Origin: Eledone cirrhosa
Lineage: Eukaryota
Assembly (NCBI GenBank): GCA_964016885.1
Contig: OZ024741.1
Coordinates: 257,796,001-257,860,000 of the forward strand
DNA length: 64,000 nucleotides
Reading direction: 5' to 3'
Every line of letters begins with the position of its first letter. Positions within the stretch are counted from its first letter, which is position 1. The position numbers and the translations under genes were made by a program. The notes below the pieces were generated by a model. It was not told the origin of the DNA and searched no databases. It saw only the letters and a program-made list of their open reading frames with translations. Below, one piece after another: positions 1-11,194 of the stretch.

Positions 1-3000
1 TACTAATGTTTTTACTTACGAGTGTTTCGGTGTACGAGTGTTTCGACTTAAGGATGTTTCGACTTACGAGTGTTTCGACTTACGAGTGTTTCGGCTTACG
101 TGAGTTTCGACTTAATGGTGTTTTGACTTACGGGTGTTGTGAATTACGAGTGTTCCGATTTACGAGTGTTTTGACTTACGGTGTTTCGGCTTACAAATTA
201 TTCGACTTACGAATGTTTTGACTTACGGGTGTTTCGGCGTACGAGTGTTTTGACTTACGAGTGTTTCGACTTACCAGTATTTTGACTTACGAATGTTTTG
301 ACTTACGGGTGTTTCGGCTTACGAGTGTTTCGACTTACGAGTGTTTCGGCTGGCGAGTGTTTCGACTTACGAGTGTTTTGACTTAAGGGTGTTTCGACTT
401 ACGAGTGTTTCGACTTACGAGTGTTTCGACTTACGAGTGTTTCGGCTTACGAGTGTTTTGATTTACGAGTGTTTTGACTTACGGGTGCTTCGACTTACGC
501 GTGTTTCGACTTACGAGTGTTTCGACTTACGAGTGTTTCGACTTACGATTGTTTCGGCTTACGAGTGTTTTGACTTACGAGTGTTCTGACTACGAGTGTT
601 CTGACTTACGGGTGTTCTGACTTACGAGTGTTCCGACTTACGAGTGTTTCGGCTTATGAGTGTTTCGACTTACGAGTGCTTCGACTTACGAGTGTTTCGG
701 CTTACGGGTGTTTCGACTTACGAATGTTTTTGCTTACGAGTTTTTCGGCTTACGAGTGTTTAGGCTTATGAGTGTTTCGACTTACGAGTGTTTTGACTTA
801 CGGGTGTTTTGACATACGAGTGTTTCGATACGAGTGTTCTGACTTACGAGTGTTTCCGCTTACGAGTGTTTCGGCTTACGAGTGTTTCGACTTACTAATG
901 TTTTTACTTACGAGTGTTTCGGTGTACGAGTGTTTCGACTTAAGGATGTTTCGACTTACGGGTGTTTCGGCTTACGAGTGTTTCGACTTACGAGTGTTTT
1001 GACTTACGAGTGTTCTGACTTACGAGTGTTCTGACTTATGAGTGTTCCGACTTACGAGTGTTCCGACTTACGAGTGTTTCGGCTTATGAGTGTTTCGACT
1101 TACGGGCGTTTCGACTTACGGGTGTTTCGACTTACGAGTGTTTTGACTTACGAGTGTTCTGACTTACGAGTGTTCTGACTTACGAGTGTTCCGACTTACG
1201 ACTGTTTAGACTTACGAGTGTTTTGACTTACGAGTGTTCCTACTTACGAGTGTTTCGGCTTACGGGTGTTTCGACGTACGAGTATTTTTGGCTTATGAGT
1301 GTTTCGACTTACGAGTGTTTTGAATTACGAGTGTTCCGACTTACGAGTGTCTCGGCTTACGAGTGTTTCGGCTTACGAGTGTTTCGACTTACGAGTGTTT
1401 CGACTTACGAGTGTTCCGACTTACGGGTGTTTCGACTTACGAGTGTTTTGGCTTACGGTGTTTCGACTTACGAGTGTTTCGGCTTACGAGTGTTTTGACT
1501 TAAGGGTGTTTCGACTTCCGAGTGTTTCGATACGAGTGTTTCGACTTACGATTGTTCTGACTTACGAGCGTTCTGACTTACGAGTGTTCCGACTTACGAG
1601 TGTTTCGGCTTACGAGTGTTTCGAATTACGAGTGTTTCGACTTACGAGTGTTCCGACTTACGGGTGTTTCGACTTACGAGTGTTTTGGCTTACGGTGTTT
1701 CGGCTTACGAGTGTTTCGAGTTAAGAGTGTTTTGAATTACGCGTGTTTTGACATACGAGTGTTCTGACTTACGAGTGTTCTGACTTACGAGTGTTCTGAC
1801 TTACGAGTGTTCTGACTTACGAGTGTTCCGACTTTACGAGTGTTTCGGCTCACGAGTGTTTCGGCTTACGAGTGTTTCGACTTACGAGTGTTTTCGACAT
1901 ACGAGTGTTTCGACTTACGAATGTTTTTGCTTACGGGTGTTTCGACTTACGAATGTTTTTGCTTACGAGTGTTTCGGTTTACGAGTGTTCCGACTTACGA
2001 GTGTTCCGACATACGAGTGTTTCGGCTTACGAGTGTTTCCGGCTTACGAGTGTTTCGACTTACGAGTGTTTCGACTTACGAGTGTTTTGACTTACGGTGT
2101 TTCGGCTTACGAGTGATTAGACTTACGAGTGTTTTGACTTACGGGTGTTTTGACTTACGAGTGTTCTGACTTACGAGTGTTCTGACTTACGAGTGTTCTT
2201 ACTTACGAGTGTTCCGACTTACGAGTGTTCCGACTTACGAGTGTTCTGACTTACGAGTGTTCTGATTTACGGATATTTCGACACTTGAGTGTTTCGAATT
2301 ACGAGTGTTTCGACTTACGAGTGTTTTGACTTACGGGTGTTTTGACATACGAGTGTTTCGATACGAGTGTTTCGACTTACGAGTGTTCTGACTTACGAGT
2401 GTTCTGATTTACGAGTGTTCTGACTTACGAGTGTTCTTACTTACGAGTGTTCCGACTTACGAGTGTTCCGACTTACGAGTGTTTCGGTTTACGAGTGTTT
2501 CGGCTTACGATTGTTTTGACTTACGAGTGTTTTGACTTACATGTGTTTCGACTGACGCGTGTTTCGACTTACGAGTGTTTCGATTTGCGAGTGTTTCGAC
2601 TACGGGTGTTTCGACTTACGAATGTTTTGACTTACGGATGTTTTGACTTACGGGTGTTTCGGCTTACGAGTGTTTCGACTTACGAGTGTTCTGACTTACG
2701 AGTGTTCTGACTTACGAGTGTTTCGACTTAAGAGTGCTTCGGATTACGAGTGCTTCGACTTACGAGTGTTTCGGCTTACGAGTGTTTCGACTTACGAGTG
2801 TTCTGACTACGAGTGTTCTGACTTACGGGTGTTCTGACTTACGAGTGTTCCGACTTACGAGTGTTTCGGCTTATGAGTGTTTCGACTTACGAGTGTTTCG
2901 GCTTTCGAGTGTTTCGACTTACGAGTGTTTCGGGTTACGAGTGTTTCGACTTACGAATGTTTTCGCTTACGAGTGTTTCGGCTTACGAGTGTTTCGACTT

Positions 3001-5109
3001 ACGAGTGTTTCGACTTACGAGTGTTTTGACTTACGGTTTTTCGGCTTGCGAGTGTTTCGACATACGAGTGTTTTGACTTACGGGCGTTTCGACTTACGGG
3101 TGTTTCGACTTACGAGTGTTTCGACTTGCGAGTGTTCTGACTACGTGTGTTCTGACTTACGGGTGCTCTGACTTACGAGTGTTTCGACTTACGAGTGTTT
3201 CGACTTACGAGTGTTTTGACTTACGAGTGTTTCGACTTACGGGTGTTTCGGCTTACGAGTGTTTCGACTTTCGAGTGTTTTGACTTACGAATGTTTTGCC
3301 TTACGGGTGTTCCGGTTTACGAGTGTTTCGACTTACGAGTGTTCTGACTACGTGTGTTCTGACTTACGGGTGCTCTGACTTACGAGTGTTTCGACTTACG
3401 AGTGTTTCGACTTACGAGTGTTTCGACTTACGGGTGTTTCGGCTTACGAGTGTTTCGACTTACGAGTGTTTCAACTTAAGGATGTTTCGACTTACGAGTG
3501 TTTCGACTTACGAGTGTTTCGACTTACGAGTGTTTCGACTTACGAGTGTTTTGGCTTACGAATGTTTTGACTTACGGGTGTTTCGACTTAAGAGTGTTCC
3601 GACTTACGAGTGTTTCGGCTTACGAGTGTTTCGGCTTACGAGTGTTTCGGCTTACGAGTGTTTTGACTTACGAGTGTTCTGACTACGAGTGTTCTGACTT
3701 ACTGGTGTTCTGACTTACGAGTGTTCCGACTTACGAGTGTTTCGGCTTATGAGTGTTTCGACTTACGGGCGTTTCGACTTACGGGTGTTTCGACTTACGA
3801 GTGTTTTGACTTACGAGTGTTCTGACTTAGGAGTGTTCTGACTTACGAGTGTTCCGACTTACGACTGTTTCGACTTACGAGTGTTTTGACTTACGAGTGT
3901 TCCGACTTACGAGTGTTTCGGCTTACGGGTGTTTCGACGTACGAGTATTTTTGGCTTACGAGTGTTTCGACTTACGAGTGTTTTGAATTACGATTGTTTC
4001 GGCTTACGAGTGTTTCGACTTACGAGTATTTCGACTTACGAGTGTTTTGACTTATGGGTGTTTTGCCATACGATTGTTTCGATACGAGTGCTCTGACTTA
4101 CGAGTGTTCTGACTTACGAGTGTTCTGACCTACGAGTGTTCTGACTTACGGGTGTTCTGACTTACGTGTGTTCCGACTTACGAGTGTTTCGGCTATGGGT
4201 GTTTCGACTTACGAGTGTTTCGACTTACGAATGTTTTGGCTTACGAGTGTTTCGGCTTACGAGTGTTTCGACTTACGAAAGTTTTGGCTTACGAGTGTTT
4301 CGGCTTATGGGTGTTTCGACTAATGAGTGTTTCGACTTACGAGTGTTTTGACTTACAGGTGTTTCGGCTTACGAGTTATTCGACATACGAGTGTTTCGAC
4401 TTACGGGTGTTTCGACTTACGGGTGTTTCGACTTACGAGTGTTTCAACTTAGGAGTGTTCTGACTTACGAGTGTTCTGACTTACGAGTGTTCCGACTTAC
4501 GAGTGTTTCGGTTTACGAGTGTTTCGACACACGAGTGTTTTGACTTACGGGGGTTTCGACTTACGGGTGTTTCGACTTACGAGTGTTTCGGCTTACGAGT
4601 GTTTCGACTTACTAATGTTTTTACTTACGAGTGTTTCGGTGTACCAGTGTTTCGACTTAAGGATGTTTCGACTTACGAGTGTTTCGACTTACGAGTGTTT
4701 CGGCTTGCGTGAGTTTCGACTTAATGGTGTTTTGACTTACGGGTGTTGTGAATTACGAGTGTTCCGATTTACGAGTGTTTTGACTTACGGTGTTTCGGCT
4801 TACAAGTGATTCGACTTATGAATGTTTTGACTTACGGGTGTTTCGGCTTGCGAGTGTTTCGACTTACGAGTGTTTCGGCTTATGAGTGTTTCGACTTACT
4901 AATGTTTTTACTTACGAGTGTTTCGGCGTACGAGTGTTTTGACTTACGAGTGTTTCGACTTACGAGTGTTTTGACTTACGGGTGTTTCGGCTTACGAGTG
5001 TTTCGACTTACGAGTGTTTCGGCTGGCGAGTGTTTCGACTTACGAGTGTTTTGACTTAAGGGTGTTTCGACTTACGAGTGTTTCGACTTACGAGTGTTTC
5101 GACTTACGA

Positions 5110-5178
5110 AAATAACAAATAGACGCGGTTTCAAATCTCTATGCTTTTCAAATTCATTACATTAATCTTTATTTATAC
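5110..5178 (+). repeat. 69-bp AT-rich island, copy 1 (context A)
   Basis: AAATAACAAATAGACGCGG...TTTATTTATAC between GACTTACGA and GTTTCGCTTTACGAG. Confidence 0.97.
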
Positions 5179-7868
5179 GTTTCGCTTTACGAGTGTTTCG
5201 ACTTACGAGTGTTTCGACATACGAGTGTTTCGACTTACGAATGTTTTTGTTTACGGGTGTTTCGACTTACGAATGTTTTTGCTTACGAGTGTTTCGGTTT
5301 ACGAGTGTTCCGACTTACGAGTGTTCCGACATACGAGTGTTACGGCTTACGAGTGTTTCCGGCTTACGAGTGTTTCGACTTACGAGTGTTTCGACTTACG
5401 AGTGTTTCGACTTACGGTGTTTCGGCTTACGAGTAATTAGACTTACGAGTGTTTTGACTTACGGGTGTTTTGACTTACGGGTGTTGTGAATTACGAGTGT
5501 TCCGATTTACGAGTGTTTTGACTTACGGTGTTTCGGCTTGCGAGTGATTCGACTTACGAATGTTTTGACTTACGGGTGTTTCGGCTTATGAGTGGTTCGA
5601 CTTACTAATGATTTTACTTACGAGTGTTTCGGCGTACGAGTGTTTTGACTTACGAGTGTTTCGGCTTACGAGTGTTTCGACTTACGAGTGTTTCGGCTTG
5701 CGAGTGTTTCGACTTACTAATGTTTTTACTTACGAGTGTTTCGGCGTACGAGTGTTTCGACTTACGAGTGTTTTGACTTATGGGTGTTTCGACTTACGAG
5801 TGTTTCGACTTACGAGTGTTTCGACTTAAGAGTGTTTCGGATTACGAGTGTTTTGACTTGAGGGTGTTTCGACTTACGAGTGTTTCGATACGAGTGTTTC
5901 GACTTACGAGTGTTCTGACTTACGAGTGTTCTGATTTACGGATGTTTCGACACACGAGTGTTTCGAATTACGAGTGTTTCGACTTACGAGTGTTTTGACT
6001 TACGGGTGTTTTGACATACGAGTGTTTCGATACGAGTGTTTCGACTTACGAGTGTTCTGACTTACGAGTGTTCTGACTTACGAGTGTTCTAACTTACGAG
6101 TGTTCTTACTTACGAGTGTTCCGACTTACGAGTGTTCCGACTTACGAGTGTTTCGGCTTACCAGTGTTTTGATTTACGAGTGTTTTGACTTACGGGTGCT
6201 TCGACTTACGCGTGTTTCGACTTACGAGTGTTTTGACTTACGAGTGTTTCGACTTACGATTGTTTCGGCTTACGAGTGTTTTGACTTACGAGTGTTCTGA
6301 CTACGAGTGTTCTGACTTACGAGTGTTCCGACTTACGAGTGTTTCGGCTTATGAGTGTTTCGACTTACGAGTGCTTCGACTTACGAGTGTTTCGGCTTAC
6401 GGGTGTTTCGACTTACGAATGTTTTTGCTTACGAGTGTTTCGGCTTACGAGTGTTTAGGCTTATGAGTGTTTCGACTTACGAGTGTTTTGACTTACGGGT
6501 GTTTTGACATACGAGTGTTTCGATACGAGTGTTCTGACTTACGAGTGTTTCCGCTTACGAGTTTTTCGGCTTACGAGTGTTTCGACTTACTAATGTTTTT
6601 ACTTACGAGTGTTTCGGTGTACGAGTGTTTCGACGTAAGGATGTTTCGACTTACGGGTGTTTCGGCTTACGAGTGTTTATACTTACGAGTGTTTTGTCTT
6701 ACGAGTGTTCTGACTTACGAGTGTTCTGACTTATGAGTGTTCCGACTTACGAGTGTTCCGACTTACGAGTGTTTCGGCTTATGAGTGTTTCGACTTACGG
6801 GCGTTTCGACTTACGGGTGTTTCGACTTACGAGTGTTTTGACTTACGAGTGTTCTGACTTACGAGTGTTCTGACTTACGAGTGTTCCGACTTACGACTGT
6901 TTCGACTTACGAGTGTTTTGACTTACGAGTGTTCCGACTTACGAGTGTTTCGGCTTACGGGTGTTTCGACGTACGAGTATTTTTGGCTTACGAGTGTTTC
7001 GACTTACGAGTGTTTTGAATTACGATTGTTTCGGCTTACCAGTGTTTCGACTTACGAGTATTTCGACTTACGAGTGTTTTGACTTATGGGTGTTTGACAT
7101 ACGAGTGTTTCGATACGAATGCTCTGACTTACGAGTGTTCTGACTTACGAGTGTTCTGACTTACGAGTGTTCTGACTTACGGGTGTTCTGACTTACGTGT
7201 GTTCCGACTTACGAGTGTTTCGGCTATGGGTGTTTCGACTTACGAGTGTTTCGACTTACGAATGTTTTGGCTTACGAGTGTTTCGGCTTACGAGTGTATC
7301 GACTTACGAATGTTTTGGCTTACGAGTGTTTCGGCTTACGGGTGTTTCGACTTACGAGTGTTTCGACTTACGAGTGTTTTGACTAACGGTGTTTCGGCTT
7401 ACGAGTTATTCGACATACGAGTGTTTCGACTTACGGGTGTTTCGACTTATGAGTGTTTCGACTTACGAGTGTTCTGACTTACGAGTGTGCTGACTTACGA
7501 GTGTTCCGACTTACGAGTGTTTAGGTTTACGAGTGTTTCGACACATGAGTGTTTTGACTTACGGGTGTTTCGACTTACGAGTGTTTCGGCTTACGAGTGT
7601 TTCGACTTACTAATGTTTTTACTTACGAGTGTTTCGGCGTACGAGAGTTTTGACTTACGAGTGTTTCGACTTACGAGTGTTTCGACTTACGAATGTTTTG
7701 ACTTACGGGTGTTTCGGCTTACGAGTGTTTCGACTTACGAGTGTTTCGGCTGGCGAGTGTTTCGACTTACGAGTGTTTTGACTTAAGGGTGTTTCGACTT
7801 ACGAGTGTTTCGACTTACGAGTGTTTCGACTTACGAGTGTTTCGGCTTACGAGTGTTTCGACTTACGA

Positions 7869-7937
7869 AAATAACAAATAGACGCGGTTTCAAATCTCTA
7901 TGCTTTTCAAATTCATTACATTAATCTTTATTTATAC
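7869..7937 (+). repeat. 69-bp AT-rich island, copy 2 (context A)
   Basis: Matches island consensus. Confidence 0.97.
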
Positions 7938-10900
7938 GTTTCGCTTTACGAGTGTTTCGACTTACGAGTGTTTCGACATACGAGTGTTTCGACTTACGAA
8001 TGTTTTTGCTTACGGGTGTTTCGACTTACGAATGTTTTTGCTTACGAGTGTTTCGGTTTACGAGTGTTCCGACTTACGAGTGTTCCGACATACGAGTGTT
8101 TCGGCTTACGAATGTTTCCGGCTTACGAGTGTTTCGACTTACGAGTGTTTCGACTTACGAGTGTTTCGACTTACGGTGTTTCGGCTTACGAGTGATTAGA
8201 CTTACGAGTGTTTTGACTTACAGGTGTTGTGACTTACGGGTGTTGTGAATTACGAGTGTTCCGATTTACGAGTGTTTTGACTTACGGTGTTTCGGCTTAC
8301 GAGTGATTCGACTTACGAATGTTTTGACTTACGGGTGTTTCGGCTTATGAGTGGTTCGACTTACTAATGATTTTACTTACGAGTGTTTCGGCGTACGAGT
8401 GTTTTGACTTACGAGTGTTTCGGCTTACGAGTGTTTCGACTTACGATTGTTTCGGCTTGCGAGTGTTTCGACTTACTAATGTTTTTACTTACGAGTGTTT
8501 CGGCGTACGAGTGTTTCGACTTACGAGTGTTTTGACTTATGGGTGTTTGGACTTACGAGTGTTTCGACTTACGAGTGTTTCGACTTAAGAGTGTTTCGGA
8601 TTACGAGTGTTTTGACTTGAGGGTGTTTCGACTTACGAGTGTTTCGATACGAGTGTTTCGACTTACGAGTGTTCTGACTTACGAGTGTTCTGACCTACGA
8701 GTGTTCTGACTTACGGGTGTTCTGACTTACGTGTGTTCCGACTTACGAGTGTTTCGGCTATGGGTGTTTCGACTTACGAGTGTTTCGACTTACGAATGTT
8801 TTGGCTTACGAGTGTTTCGGCTTACGAGTGTTTCGACTTACGAAAGTTTTGGCTTACGAGTGTTTCGGCTTACGGGTGTTTCGACTAATGAGTGTTTCGA
8901 CTTACGAGTGTTTTGACTTACGGGTGTTTCGGCTTACGAGTTATTCGACATACGAGTGTTTCGACTTACGGGTGTTTCGACTTACGAGTGTTTCATCTTA
9001 GGAGTGTTCTGACTTACGAGTGTTCTGACTTACGAGTGTTCCGACTTACGAGTGTTTCGGCTTACGAGTGTTTCGACATACGAGTGTTTTGACTTACGGA
9101 TGTTTCGACTTACGGGTGTTTCGACTTACGAGTGTTTCGACTTGCGAGTGTTCTGACTACGTGTGTTCTGACTTACGGGTGCTCTGACTTACGAGTGTTT
9201 CGACTTACGAGTGTTTCGACTTACGAGTGTTTTGACTTACGAGTGTTTCGACTTACGGGTGTTTCGGCTTACGAGTGTTTCGACTTACGAGTGTTTTGAC
9301 TTACGAATGTTTTGCCTTACGGGTGTTCCGGTTTACGAGTGTTTCGACTTACGAGTGTTCTGACTACGTGTGTTCTGACTTACGGGTGCTCTGACTTACG
9401 AGTGTTTCGACTTACGAGTGTTTCGACTTACGAGTGTTTCGACTTACGGGTGTTTCGGCTTACGAGTGTTTCGACTTACGAGTGTTTCAACTTAAGGATG
9501 TTTCGACTTACGAGTGTTTCGACTTACGAGTGTTTCGACTTACGAGTGTTTCGACTTACGAGTGTTTTGGCTTACGAATGTTTTGACTTACGGGTGTTTC
9601 GACTTAAGAGTGTTCCGACTTACGAGTGTTTCGGCTTACGAGTGTTTCGGCTTACGAGTGTTTCGGCTTACGAGTGTTTTGACTTACGAGTGTTCTGACT
9701 ACGAGTGTTCTGACTTACTGGTGTTCTGACTTACGAGTGTTCCGACTTACGAGTGTTTCGGCTTATGAGTGTTTCGACTTACGGGCGTTTCGACTTACGG
9801 GTGTTTCGACTTACGAGTGTTTTGACTTACGAGTGTTCTGACTTAGGAGTGTTCTGACTTACGAGTGTTCCGACTTACGACTGTTTCGACTTACGAGTGT
9901 TTTGACTTACGAGTGTTCCGACTTACGAGTGTTTCGGCTTACGGGTGTTTCGACGTACGAGTATTTTTGGCTTACGAGTGTTTCGACTTACGAGTGTTTT
10001 GAATTACGATTGTTTCGGCTTACGAGTGTTTCGACTTACGAGTATTTCGACTTACGAGTGTTTTGACTTATGGGTGTTTTGCCATACGATTGTTTCGATA
10101 CGAGTGCTCTGACTTACGAGTGTTCTGACTTACGAGTGTTCTGACCTACGAGTGTTCTGACTTACGGGTGTTCTGACTTACGTGTGTTCCGACTTACGAG
10201 TGTTTCGGCTATGGGTGTTTCGACTTACGAGTGTTTCGACTTACGAATGTTTTGGCTTACGAGTGTTTCGGCTTACGAGTGTTTCGACTTACGAAAGTTT
10301 TGGCTTACGAGTGTTTCGGCTTATGGGTGTTTCGACTAATGAGTGTTTCGACTTACGAGTGTTTTGACTTACAGGTGTTTCGGCTTACGAGTTATTCGAC
10401 ATACGAGTGTTTCGACTTACGGGTGTTTCGACTTACGGGTGTTTCGACTTACGAGTGTTTCAACTTAGGAGTGTTCTGACTTACGAGTGTTCTGACTTAC
10501 GAGTGTTCCGACTTACGAGTGTTTCGGTTTACGAGTGTTTCGACACACGAGTGTTTTGACTTACGGGGGTTTCGACTTACGGGTGTTTCGACTTACGAGT
10601 GTTTCGGCTTACGAGTGTTTCGACTTACTAATGTTTTTACTTACGAGTGTTTCGGTGTACCAGTGTTTCGACTTAAGGATGTTTCGACTTACGAGTGTTT
10701 CGACTTACGAGTGTTTCGGCTTGCGTGAGTTTCGACTTAATGGTGTTTTGACTTACGGGTGTTGTGAATTACGAGTGTTCCGATTTACGAGTGTTTTGAC
10801 TTACGGTGTTTCGGCTTACAAGTGATTCGACTTATGAATGTTTTGACTTACGGGTGTTTCGGCTTGCGAGTGTTTCGACTTACGAGTGTTTCGGCTTATG

Positions 10901-11125
10901 AGTGTTTCGACTTACTAATGTTTTTACTTACGAGTGTTTCGGCGTACGAGTGTTTTGACTTACGAGTGTTTCGACTTACGAGTGTTTTGACTTACGGGTG
11001 TTTCGGCTTACGAGTGTTTCGACTTACGAGTGTTTCGGCTGGCGAGTGTTTCGACTTACGAGTGTTTTGACTTAAGGGTGTTTCGACTTACGAGTGTTTC
11101 GACTTACGAGTGTTTCGACTTACGA

Positions 11126-11194
11126 AAATAACAAATAGACGCGGTTTCAAATCTCTATGCTTTTCAAATTCATTACATTAATCTTTATTTATAC
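11126..11194 (+). repeat. 69-bp AT-rich island, copy 3 (context A)
   Basis: Matches island consensus. Confidence 0.97.

Noticed and set aside
950-965. Canonical CENP-B box in the TTCGACTTACGGG variant
   Set aside because: The CENP-B box needs TTCG-N4-A-N2-CGGG; here CGGG follows the A directly, 2 bp short.
5110-5178. Island as an independently transposing MITE or SINE
   Set aside because: It has no terminal inverted repeats, target-site duplication, poly(A) tail or Pol III boxes. Identical position, orientation and shared flanks indicate a single origin spread by array duplication.
5110-5178. Island as a tRNA, snRNA or other structured RNA gene
   Set aside because: No cloverleaf, stable stem or recognisable family motif is visible. 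An Infernal/Rfam search would be needed to exclude it fully.
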